64,000 nt of DNA from Welwitschia mirabilis. Lineage: Eukaryota. Location: the NCBI GenBank assembly GCA_051453625.1, contig JBOZIK010000001.1, positions 35,519,860 to 35,583,859 of the forward strand. Direction: 5' to 3'. Position 1 is the first letter of the stretch. Each line of letters opens with the position of its first letter. Both the position numbers and the translations under genes were made by a program. This document shows positions 23,760-36,600 of this stretch, piece after piece. The notes beneath the pieces were generated by a model. That model did not search any database and had not been told where the DNA came from. It was given only the letters and a program-made list of their open reading frames with translations.

Positions 23760-25960
23760 TTAAATAAGAGGATAAATAAAAGGGATAAAGGATAATTAAG
23801 TAGAAGGATAAAGTGGGAACATAGAATTTCTATACTAGAGTTGCCCCCTATTTGATGTAAAGTGAAATATGAGCTTGACATAAAAAATATAAGAAAAATG
23901 AACATGTATCTTAATCAAGATTTTACATGTGCAAGTCATTTCAGTATAATGGCAAAGATCCAAAATGATGAAAGTGATTTGATTAAATGGTAAAAACATA
24001 ATATGAATAAGGTTTAGACATGCATATAAGAGAAATAAAAAATGTATCATGGATGGTAATGAAAGATAATAAAAGAATAGGTTCAATTATACAAAATAGA
24101 AATGAGTTAAAATAACTATATGGTAAAAAGAAGTTGGGTATTGAAAATGGATAAGTTAAATAAGAAGTAAAATTATCCTTAGGTACGTTTATAAGTAAAT
24201 GCAAAGAATGACTTTGACATAATTAATTTCAAATATTAAAAAAGATTACTTGAAAATGGACAAACAGAGGGATAAACGACATTGATTATAATGTCTCTAA
24301 ATATTAACCTAGCAATGTCTATTGGTATGAATCATAAAACTATTTGATACCATTAACAATGGTTTGATGCTAAACCACACAGAGTTTCAGGTGATTAGGA
24401 TAGTGATTATGAGAATGTTTATGGTCAAAGTATCAATATAATGTTAGCACTATAACTCAATCTAATCATTGTTTGTAATAGCAAATGACAACTTAATAAT
24501 TTATCATTTAATAATTAATATATTCTGAATGATCATGAAATCATAGCTTTAAAGTCATGGAAAAATAAGTTAATGGAATTTTTAGAAGAAATCATCTATC
24601 ATCATGAGGGGAGTGTAACCATTGTCAAGAGCATAAGGATCTACAAGTTGAAGCCAGATTGTAATCAACTGATACTATAGTGAAGTTTCCACAACTACCA
24701 TATCACATTGTAAAAGGTACCTCTTAAGAATATTTATCCTAGTGTACTTGCAGTAGGACATCATGATTTTTTTTTTGTGGTGTATGATATTGATATTTTA
24801 CCAATTGATGTGATTTTTCTTTTTTTTATTTTCTTTTTTTTTGAATATTAATTGATCATTGGAATGATAAATTGTAAGATTCACTAGTAAAGACAAGTAT
24901 TAGATTTGATACAAATTGTTATTAGGATAGTAGAACATGAGACATTAGTTGTCATAGACATAGGAATATATTAAGATTGAGTGAAATCCAATCTTACAAT
25001 TGTAAATATTTCAAAGTAGGAAAGATACTTTAATAAAAACTTGAATGTAGTTTAACATAGAACCAAATGAAATTGACAATCAAATAAATAAATGACTTTA
25101 ATCAAGAAATGCTATTAAGGAGTCATTTAGGTAAGGGCCAAGAAAAGACTTATCTCTCGATCAAAAGGGTCCTCCTACTCAATTAATTCTATTATGCCAA
25201 GAGTACTATGATAATTATTAATGTAATCTTAGTTGTTATCCATTGAGGCTAAGTTTTCTTAGCATCAAAATTAAGAACTCAATGAAGTCATTTGAAATAC
25301 ACTTCTTTGTAAAGTAATTCATTTATCACTTAGGAGCTAAATTATTATAAGAATGTATCCAAATGTCATGCAGTAAAATAAAATAAATTGATTGAAGATA
25401 AATGTAGATGATGAGTTTAAGAGGAATTGAGTATAGAATGGAAACGAAAAACTACATAATGAACTATTAAAGAAAAAGAGGTAGATAAAACACACTATCA
25501 CTAGATATAAGAATGGATGTTTTACATAAGAAGGTGGCATAAAATGATTTGTGCAAAAGTCTAAGCTTTAAGAGAGAGTAAATAAGTGGTATCATAGCAA
25601 GGATCAATATAGTATATGCTATCATTGTCATCATCATCTTCCATAAGGGGAGTGTCATGAAATGAAATGTTAATTAGAGAATCTCAACAAGGGATAAAAT
25701 GACATCTACTAAGTATAAATGACACATGATGATTACTAATATAAATCTACTAGAATCTGACACATATGGTTGGCCATGATCTGTAAAACTCAAAAAAACA
25801 AAGAAAACATGAAACCTATGTAACATATGAAAACATGCTATTTTAAATAATCAGTAATTACATGGATGTATGTCACATTTTATTATGAATAAAATAGTAA
25901 CAATAAATGCATGAAATGAGTAAATAAAACACAGTAAAAATGATGTGAGTTATGAATTTT
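23760..25960 (-). mobile_element. 3' part of another non-autonomous Athila-like element (integrase C-terminal remnant, conserved motif, AT-rich spacer)
   Basis: Motif at 24598-24766. 25140-25340 on minus resembles the integrase tail (KW.....K..SN...VN..L). Collinear with 59830-60843 and 61800-64000. Confidence 0.6.
24598..24766 (-). other. Conserved post-integrase motif, copy 4 (variant with an insertion outside the core)
   Basis: Core caactgat...ggacatca kept; outer stem degraded. Confidence 0.65.
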
Positions 25961-26039
25961 ATTGATAGTATGATCAAAGCTAGAATAAGTTTATTGGTTC
26001 TTTATCCTTAATGTCAGTCAGATATTTGAGTTTATATGT

Positions 26040-26903
26040 TTCTTTATTAAATTTTGTAATATGATAAATGACCCTAACCAATTTGGTGAAAATTTTAAGA
26101 TTGGAATTCCAAGTTGAACTCAGCGATAATTGATTTCCACTTTATTAAATGAGTACTCCCAGTAGAATATTCAAGTAGATGTTTGAATAAATTCTAATTA
26201 TTGATCACAAGTGTTCTATTTATCACCATATAATGCAAAAATTTCTATGAAGTAAAGACTAGAATCAAAGATGATTTTTCTACTTTAAAGTAATTTTTTT
26301 CATATTGGTGTAATATTCTATTGATGTAGTAATTTGGATGATCTTAGTGTAATCCATTTCATTAAAAGATCATTGTGATAATTGATGATAATGTTAGAAA
26401 AGGTAAAGAAAAAAGGATTAATTAGTTTATATATACTTAAAATAGGGGTAAGCATGAGATATTCTTCGATCTTATTAAAATCCTTTTAGAAATTTTCATC
26501 CCATTTGAATTCATTGTCTTTCTTGAACAAATGCATAAATGGTTTACATTGATCTATTAAAGTTGAAACAAATTGATGTATTACTTGTATTTTACCTTAA
26601 GGCTACATAATTGTTTCAAGTTACATGATGATGGCATGTCAGTAATTACTTTAATCTTTTTTGGATTAATTTCTATCCTTCCTTTTAAAACTATAAACCA
26701 TAAGAGTTTTCATGATGGCATATGAAAGACACATTTCTTTGGATTGAGGCATAAATTGTAACATCTTGCTTGCTTGAAAAGTTGTTTCAAATCATGTGGA
26801 TGATCATCTATTATTTATAATTTAACTACAACATTATCAACATAATATTTTACATTATGATATATCAAGTTATGAAATATATGTGTCATTGCTCATTAGT
26901 ATG
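26040..26903 (-). pseudogene. Tat/Ogre-type gypsy RT-RNase H fragment
   Basis: Minus translation AMTHIFHNLI...YYVDNVVVK...LCLNPKKCVF...GRIEINPKKIKVITDMP..CNLKQL...CKPFMHLFKKDNEFKWD. Confidence 0.8.
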
Positions 26904-26904
26904 C

Positions 26905-29900
26905 TTACAATGAACTACAATAATGAAGTACAAGATCTGACCTTCTATGCAAAGATTCAACAAATTTAGGCTCGTCCTTAGTTAGGAATGCAATGCCCAG
27001 TAAGTATAATGATTAATCACTAGTTTCAATTGTTTGGAAAAATGTTAAAAAAAGTTCTTCTAGTGATTTCTCTTTTGACTATTTATAATGAAAGGCTTTT
27101 AGGGTAAGTACAGTTAAAATCATGCTTCCAATAGCTAGAAAATGGCTACATAATAGATACATCTATAAAATTTCATTTCAGTTTCAGTTGGTTGACCCCT
27201 TAATCANNNNNNNNNNNNNNNNNNNNNNNNNNNNNNNNNNNNNNNNNNNNNNNNNNNNNNNNNNNNNNNNNNNNNNNNNNNNNNNNNNNNNNNNNNNNNN
27301 NNNNNNNNNNNNNNNNNNNNNNNNNNNNNNNNNNNNNNNNNNNNNNNNNNNNNNNNNNNNNNNNNNNNNNNNNNNNNNNNNNNNNNNNNNNNNNNNNNNN
27401 NNNNNNNNNNNNNNNNNNNNNNNNNNNNNNNNNNNNNNNNNNNNNNNNNNNNNNNNNNNNNNNNNNNNNNNNNNNNNNNNNNNNNNNNNNNNNNNNNNNN
27501 NNNNNNNNNNNNNNNNNNNNNNNNNNNNNNNNNNNNNNNNNNNNNNNNNNNNNNNNNNNNNNNNNNNNNNNNNNNNNNNNNNNNNNNNNNNNNNNNNNNN
27601 NNNNNNNNNNNNNNNNNNNNNNNNNNNNNNNNNNNNNNNNNNNNNNNNNNNNNNNNNNNNNNNNNNNNNNNNNNNNNNNNNNNNNNNNNNNNNNNNNNNN
27701 NNNNNNNNNNNNNNNNNNNNNNNNNNNNNNNNNNNNNNNNNNNNNNNNNNNNNNNNNNNNNNNNNNNNNNNNNNNNNNNNNNNNNNNNNNNNNNNNNNNN
27801 NNNNNNNNNNNNNNNNNNNNNNNNNNNNNNNNNNNNNNNNNNNNNNNNNNNNNNNNNNNNNNNNNNNNNNNNNNNNNNNNNNNNNNNNNNNNNNNNNNNN
27901 NNNNNNNNNNNNNNNNNNNNNNNNNNNNNNNNNNNNNNNNNNNNNNNNNNNNNNNNNNNNNNNNNNNNNNNNNNNNNNNNNNNNNNNNNNNNNNNNNNNN
28001 NNNNNNNNNNNNNNNNNNNNNNNNNNNNNNNNNNNNNNNNNNNNNNNNNNNNNNNNNNNNNNNNNNNNNNNNNNNNNNNNNNNNNNNNNNNNNNNNNNNN
28101 NNNNNNNNNCAATTGCCCTAGTTTCTTACAGCTCTATGTCTGGTTGATCCCTTAGGATCCGATCGATCCCTCATCAAGTCGCCTACATATCTATCTATTT
28201 GCTTACTTGTCATAATAAAAATCCATTCCAGTTTTCTGCATTAGATCTGATTGACCCCTTAAGTTCCTAATCAATCCCTTAATGATCATCTTAGGAATAT
28301 CAGATGTATAGTGCTTAGGTCTAATCGATCCATTATAAGTCTAGTTGATCCTTTTATAATTTATTCAAGAGTACTAGTTCTTAGGTTCACAGACCTAGTC
28401 AACCCATCAGAAGTTCAGTTAACCCCTCTAAATTTAGTCTAATATTGAGAGTTTACTCAAGTGCAGTTAACCCCATGAAAGTTTGGTCGACCCCTCAAGA
28501 GGGTAATTGAACTTGATAGATTTTAGTAATCAAAATGTGACATTTCTTGCTCTAACTTCTAACTTATAAGTGATCAATATTTTCTTCACAAGATACACAA
28601 ATTTTAATTCAAAAAAACATTATTTTAACATTAATTGGTAATACATAATCTAGAAATCTATTCATTTAACATTGATGATAAACATTAAAATATTAAAATT
28701 TGAGAAAATAACCCCTCACAAAATGCCTATTAAGCTTTGCAAAAAAAGTAAGCTTTTGATATAAAATTAATAAATTTTGATAAGATTTATTTTTTGCTAA
28801 TATTAAAGCAATTAGACGTGAAAATTTTAGAGAGTTAGGAAAATGCCAAAATGTTTATGAAAAATTACATTTATAAGAAGAAAAATTTTGATCATCCAAT
28901 ATTCAACATTTTGTTCATTGATAATTACAAGTGCACTTATAGATGTATAGGATAAACAACATTTTAAATAGGAATGTTTAATATATAAAAAATTTAAGTT
29001 CATATGGAAATCAAGTTTATATTAAAAATTTGAAACACCACTAGTTCTCCCCTTTTGATGCTGATAACAAAGAACAAAGACACATAAGCAAATCAGAGAA
29101 GAAAAATAATCATATAGCAAAGATTGAAATAGATTCCACATTTTCTTCTTATTTGAGTGCTTTTCACTTTAAGCTTTTAACTTCCTTTGAAGAGGCATAC
29201 AGACCTCATAGGATCTGAATGACTGAGCTTTTATGTTGGTCGACTAACTACATCTCATCAACCAAATTATGGATCTGGTCAATTATCCTACAATCAATGA
29301 GAGAATGATGAGATAATCCCTAGTTTGTTTCTAAGAAAAATAAAAGTATAAAAATTTAGGAGTTTGATAAAAATATCTACTAGTTGTTGATCTTTACTCA
29401 TAAAGTTTATAGAAATGTGTTCTTTTTCTACTTTATATTTTAAAAATTGATGCCTTAGCTTAGTATGCTTGATTCTTAAGTGCTGAGTAGGATTTTTAGA
29501 GATGTTTATAGCACTGGTATTGTCACAAAGGGTAGAAACTTGTTCAAAATTAATACCAAAATCTCTTAGCATTTCTTTAATCCATAAAATATGAGTTCAA
29601 CAACTACCTACTGCAATATATTCCACTTCTATAGTTGAAAGAGATATTGAATTTTGTTTCTTACTAGTCTATCCTACTAAGCATGAACCTAACAAAAATT
29701 AGTTTTCACTGGTGCTCTTTTTATCATCCTTATAACTAGATTAATCCACATCACTAAAACCTACAAGATCAAAGGATTTCTCTATAGGATACCACAAACC
29801 ATAATCACATGTATGTTTTACATACCTAATTACTCTTTTTACTACTTGTAGATGTAATTTTTTTGATTGGGATTGATATCTTGCACACACTCTAAACATA

Positions 29901-32900
29901 GTGTTTGATCTACTTACAATAAAATATAATAAACTTTCATTTATACTTCTATAAAGTTTTTGATCTACTGATTTATGATTCTTATCCAAACTTACTTTAC
30001 AAGATGTTGGCATAGGTGTCAGTTGTTTTTGCATTTTCTAACCCAAAACATTTGATTAAATCTCTTACATATTTGGATTGAAAAATAAATATTCCATTTT
30101 TTAATTACTTTATTTGTAGTCCAAGAAACATTTTCAATTCACCAAGTACACTCATTTCAAAATGAGTTCATAATAATTACAAATTCTTTTGACAACCTTT
30201 AATTTAAGGAACTGAATATGATATCATCCACATAGATTTGTATAATAATGAAATACTTTCATAAGTTCTTTAAAAATAAGGTTTTGTCTACTATTTTATG
30301 AATATATCCATTATCATTTAAAAAATTTGCTAGTTTTTCATACGAAGCTCTTGGAGCTTGTTTTAATCTATATAGGGCTTTCTTAAATCTATACATATGA
30401 TTAGTTATATGAGAATCAATAAGACCTTGTGGTTGTTCTACATAAGCTTCTTAATTTAATGTACCATTTAAAAAGGCACTCTTCACATTCATTTAATACA
30501 CTTTGAAATTTTTAAAAACTAGAAAAGAGAAAAACATTCTAATGCTATCTAGCCTTGTAACAAGAGCAAATGTATCACTTACATCAATGCCTTATATCTA
30601 GTTTTATCCTTGTGCTACTAATCTTGCATTGTTTTTAATGATATTTTTTTATTCATCACATTTTTTTTTTAAAAATTCACTTAATCCCAATGATATTTTT
30701 ATCTTTTGGCCTTTATACAAGTTTTCAAGCATCATTTCTCTTAAATTATTATAGTTAATCTTGCATTACCATTATCCATTCCTTATGTATTTTAGCTTCT
30801 TCAAATTTCTTGGGCTCTGTTTTTGAAACTTAATAAATGTGAGCACATATATTATTCATAAAACTTCTTGTCTTTATTTTAAAACCAACTTCTCCAATAA
30901 TAGAATCTAATGGGTGATCTTTTAACTCTTCGATCTTTTTCAGTATGCCTTCTTTTGTAGAAGCTTCATTAGTTATGGGGATACTTATAGATATAACTTC
31001 CTCTTCATTCAAATAATTTGGTGTTGTTTCAATCCCATCAATTTGCACATTTATTGACTCTTTATCATTAAAATTCTCTTATTGAAAACTTAGTATTCTC
31101 TACTTCTAGTTGAGTAGTCCAAAAAAATAGCTTCATCCTCTTTAAAATCGAATTTACTTAGATGTTCTCCATCTTTTAGCACATAGCATTTACTTTAAAG
31201 AATTCAAAATATGAAATGTCAGGTTATCTTTCTTTTCATAACTCATATGGCATTTTAACTGTATCGGGTCTAAGATAAATTCTATTAATAATATAGCATG
31301 CTAATAGCCTCAGCTCAGAATGATTTAGAAATCTCCTTATCATTTAACATAGTTTGTGCCATTTCTTGGAGGACTCTATTATTTTTTTTAGCTATATCAT
31401 TTTGTTGGGGCATCTTTGGGGCTGAAAATTGATGATTAATTTCATTATCAATGTAATATTTCTTAAAGAGATGGTTCTTAAATGCATCACTATGATTACT
31501 CCTTATTTTCTTTATGGTATACCCATTTTCATTTTGAATTTTTTTTATATCTTAACCTAATATTTATATGCTTTAGATTTATTGGAGAGGAAAGCTATTC
31601 AAGTATATCTAGATAAGTTATCAACCATAGTAAAAAAATAATGTTTACCACTTAGAATTTGAGTTTGAGTAGGGCCTACCAAGTCCATATGAATAAGCTC
31701 TAATAGCATAGTTATGGAAGTTTGGTTTTTACTTTTATGTGAAGTTCTTATTTTTTTGCCTTTTTGACACACATTATATAAATCTTATTTTTCTACATTT
31801 ATCTTAAGGAGACCTTTCACAATGTTTTTACAAATAATCATTTTCAATTGATCATAATTAACATGACCTAATTGTTTATGACAAATCTCTTTTTTAGGCA
31901 CATTAGAAAATTAAAATGGAGAAAATGATTGTTCTATGCTATAAACGTTGTCTAGTCTACTTGCTCTAAGGATAAAATCATTTGATTTTTCATAAAAAAT
32001 TTTACATTTTGTATTATTGAAAACTACCTTATGACCTTTATCCCATATTTGGCTAATACTTAATAAATTATGCTTTAAACTATTTATACGTAAAACTTTA
32101 TTAATTCTAGGAAGGTTACCTCCACCGATGCTTCCTATACCTTCTATTTTTGCTCTTCCATTGTCATCAAAATTCACTTATCCTCTACCAAAGTTACTTA
32201 ATTGCTTGAACTTGGGTTTGTTTCCTATCATATGTTTTGAACATCCACTATTCAAATACTAGCTACTACTATTTAAGACCTTGAAACCTGTTTGAATTAA
32301 AAGACTTTTAAGATTGTTGGCTTTCACCTATTTATTCTTTTTAGAATTATGCAGTGTACCTTCTTTTGAAATAAATTTAAAAAGAAAAGAACTGATTAAA
32401 CTTTAAAACAAGATTAAATTTCTAGCACTGCAAAAAATCTTTGAATGTTTAATCTTTTTACAAAAATGACAAGTAAGTTTTAAGATGAACTTACTTTGTC
32501 ACATCACATGATTTTGTTGTCTTTATAGTGTTTGGGAGATGAAAGCAATACCTGAGTTATCACCAGTAGGCTTATAAACTCTAAGTAACTATTCTAATTT
32601 AGAATAACCACTAGAAAAGTTATTAACAAAATGAGATAGATCTTTTACCTGTGAAATGAGATCGGATTTTTTAGGTTTGATATTATTCTATCTTGATTTT
32701 ATTTCCTCCCTTTTTTTGTTAAGATAGTTTATAATCTTATTTAGATCATTTATCCTTTTAGCTAACTTTTTACATTCTAAATATAGTTCTGGATAGGTAT
32801 CTTCTATCTCATCTTATTCGTTATTAATCACATCTAAAGAATCATGTTCTATTGTGCTAGGCAAGTTCTGTAGAGAAGGCACAATTGCCATGAAGGATAT

Positions 32901-33500
32901 ACTTCTGTCTTTGTCAGATGTTTGACCTAACCTATTGTCACTTTTTTAAGACTCCTTTGTATATCCATAGTATACAATCTACTTCAGAATATATCCACAT
33001 ACTATCCATACCAATAAGAGTATAGATGTCTAAGAAAGGCACAGTTAAAAAATCAATAAAGGAATTTCTCATTTTTGGGTTCTAGAGTTTAGATTGATTA
33101 AAATCTAACAATGGACTTAACTTAGCTATAATACCAATTGTAAGGATCAATAATCTTAGAAGGGGAAATGAATAGATTTAATAGTAATATTTGAATAATC
33201 TCATGATAAAAATTTGCTTAAAGAGATTACTAAAAGCTTATGCATAAGAATTAAAAGTAATCTACAAAATAAAAATAATGGACAACATAAAAATACTAAT
33301 CAGGTGCATGCAAGGTCTATTATGGTTTAGGAAACCCCCTACTTCACTTTTAATGATTAACTTACAAAGCCTAAGCTGGATATTTATTAACTCTTTTAGG
33401 TATTGCAAGTTCACCTGTAATCTTCACACCCAGACTTTTGTAGGCTAAGTCTCAACCTTTTTAAATGGATTATTACAGGCTAAGTCTTAACCTTCATAAA
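26905..33500 (-). mobile_element. SIRE/Sirevirus-like Ty1/copia element, decayed, version 1
   Basis: PBS-Met remnant 33125-33136, LTR from 33139 with an AGAAGGGGAAATGAATAG signature, CCHC knuckle near 32440-32480, protease/INT/RT/RNaseH remnants (ORFs 31911, 29741, 29294: CDNTSAINISKNP.QH.R.KH, QLVDIF.K), PPT signature ttctccccttttgatg at 29045. 3' LTR remnant ~26905-28720. Confidence 0.85.
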
Positions 33501-33600
33501 NNNNNNNNNNNNNNNNNNNNNNNNNNNNNNNNNNNNNNNNNNNNNNNNNNNNNNNNNNNNNNNNNNNNNNNNNNNNNNNNNNNNNNNNNNNNNNNNNNNN

Positions 33601-36600
33601 CAAGTTTCCAAACATCATTTTTCTTAAATTATTGGAGTTCGTCTTGCATTACCATTATCCATTCCTTATGAATTTTAGCTTCTTCAAATTTCTTGGGCTC
33701 TGTTTTTGAAACATAACAAATGTGAGCACATAAATTATTCATAGAACTTCTTGTCTTTATTTTAAAATCAACTTCTCCAATAATAGAATCTAATGGGTGA
33801 TCTTTTAACTCTTTGATCTTTCTCAGTATGCCTCCTTTTGTAGGAGCTTCATTAGTTATGAGGATACTTGTAGATATAACTTCCTCTTCATCTAAATAAT
33901 TTTGTCTTATGTCAACCCATCAATTTGTACATTTAGTGACTCTTCTATTATTAAAATTCTCTTATTGAAAACTCAATATGCTCTACCTCTAGTTGAGTAG
34001 CCTAGAAAAATAGCTTCATCCTCTTTAAAATTGCATTTACTTAGATGTTCTCATCTTTTAGCACATAGCATTTACTCCAAAAGACTTCAAAATATGAAAT
34101 GTTAGGTTATCTTCATTTTCATAACTCATATGGCATTTTAACTGTATTGGATCTAAGATAAATTCTATTAATAATATAGCATGCTAATAGCCTCAACTCA
34201 GAATGATTTAGAAATCTCCTTATCATTTAGCATAGTTTGTGCCATTTCTTGGAGGACTCTATTATTTTTTTCAGCTATATCATTTTGTTGGAGCATCTTT
34301 GGGGCTGAAAATTGATGATTATATTCATTATCAATGCAATATTTCTTAAAGCGATGGTTCTTAAATGCATCACTATGTTTACTCCTTATTTTCTTTATGG
34401 TATACCCATTTTTATTTTGAATTTTTTTTAATTATATCAACCTAATATTTATATGCTTCAGATTTGTTGGATAGGAAAGATATTTAAGTATATCTAGATA
34501 AGTTATTAACCATAGTAAAGAAATAATGTTTACCACTTAGACTTTGAGTTTGAGTAGGGCCTACCAAGTCCATATGAATAAGCTCTAATAGCATAGCCAT
34601 GGAAGCTTGTTTTCTACTTTTATGTGAAGTTCTTATTTGTTTATCTTTTTAACACACATTATATAAACCTTATTTTTCTATATTTATCTTAAGAAGATCT
34701 TTCACAATGTTTTTATGAACAATCATTTTTAATTGATCATAATTAACGTGACTTAATTATTTATGCCAAAGCTCTTCTTAAGGAACATTAGAAAAGTAAA
34801 ATTAAGAAAATGATTGATCTATGCTATAAATGTTGTCTATTCTATTTGCTCTAAGGATAAAATCATTTGATTTTTCATGTAAAATTTTACATTTTGACTT
34901 ATTGAAAACTACCTTATGACCTTTGTTACATATTTGGCTAATACTCAATAAACTATGCTTTAAACTATTTATACACAAAAATTCATTAAGTCTAGGAAGG
35001 TTACCTTCATCAATGCTTCCTATACCTTCTATTTTTTCTCTTTCGTTGTCATCAAAATTCACTTATCCTTTATCAAAGTTACTTAATTTCTTGAATCTGG
35101 ATTTGTTTCCTATCATATGTTTTAAACATCCACTGTTCAAATACTAGCCACTGCTATTTAAGACCTTGAAAGCTGTCTAAATTAAAAGAATTTTAAGATT
35201 ATTAGCTTTCACCTATTTAGTCTTTTTAGATTTATGTAGTGTACCTTCTTTTGAAATAAATTTAAAAGGAAAAGAACTGATTGAACTTAAAAATAAGATT
35301 AAATTTCTAGTATTGCAAAAAATCTTTGAATGTTTAGTATTTCCACAAAAATGACAAGTAAGTTTTAAGATGAACTTACTTTACCACATCACGTGATTTT
35401 GTTATCTTTGTAGTTTTTGAGAGATGAACCCAATACCTGACTTATCACTAGTAAGCTTATAAACTTTAATTAACTATTTTAATTTAGAAGAACCACTAGA
35501 AAATTTATTAACAAAATGAGATAAACCTTTTACTTGTGAAATGAGATCCAATTTTTCAGATTTGTTTTTCTTCTATCTTGATTTCATTTCCTCCCTTTTT
35601 TTGGTAACATAATTTATAATCTTATTTAGATCATTTATCCTTTTAGCCAACTTTTTACATTCTAAGTATAGTTCTTGACAGGTATCTTCTAGCTCATCCT
35701 ATTCTTCATTAATCACATCTAAAGCATCATGCTCTAATGTGCTAGGAAAGTTCTGTAGAGAAAGCACAATTGCCATGAAGGATATACTTCTATCTTTGTC
35801 AGATTTTTGACCTAATCTATTGTCACTTTTCCAAGACTCCTTTGCATATCCACAATATACAATCTACTTGAGAATATATCCACATACTATCCATACCAAT
35901 AAGAGTATAGATGTCTAAGAAAGGCACAGTTAAAAAATTAATAAAGGAATTTCTCATTTTTGGATTCTAGAGTTTAGATTGGTTAAAATATGAAAATGGA
36001 CTTAACTTAGCTATAATACCAATTGTGAGGATTGAGAATCTTAGAAGGGGGAATGAATAGATTTAATAGTAATATTTAAATAATATCATGATAAAAATTT
36101 GCTTAAAGAGATTACTAAAAACTTATGAATAAGAATTGAGAGTAATCTAAAAAATGAAAATAATGGATAGAATAAAAATACTAATTAGAGGCACGCAAGG
36201 TCTATAGTAGTTTAGGAAACCCTCTAGTTCACTCTCAATAATCAACTCACAAAGCTTAAGCTGGATCTTTATTAACTCTTTTAGGTATTACAAGTTTATC
36301 TGTAATCTTTACACCCAGACTTTTGTAGGCTAAGTTTCAACCTTTTCAAATGGATTTTTGCAGGCTAAGTCTTAATCTTTAAAAAATGTAATAGTAATGG
36401 CAAAATTTCCTAGTGCACTAATATCACTCGTTCTTTTACATAATAACAGCAATAAAGTTCTTCACCTGTAGATCATACGAGCTACAACAATGAAGTATAA
36501 GATCTAATATTCTATGCAAAGATTCAATAGATGTCAGCTTGTCTGTGGTCAAGAATGCAATGATAAGCTAGTACAATGATTAATCACCGGTTTCAATTGT

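Noticed and set aside
27122-28147. Long ORFs of 341 and 302 aa in the ORF track
   Set aside because: They are runs of N (assembly gap), as are the other X-containing ORFs.
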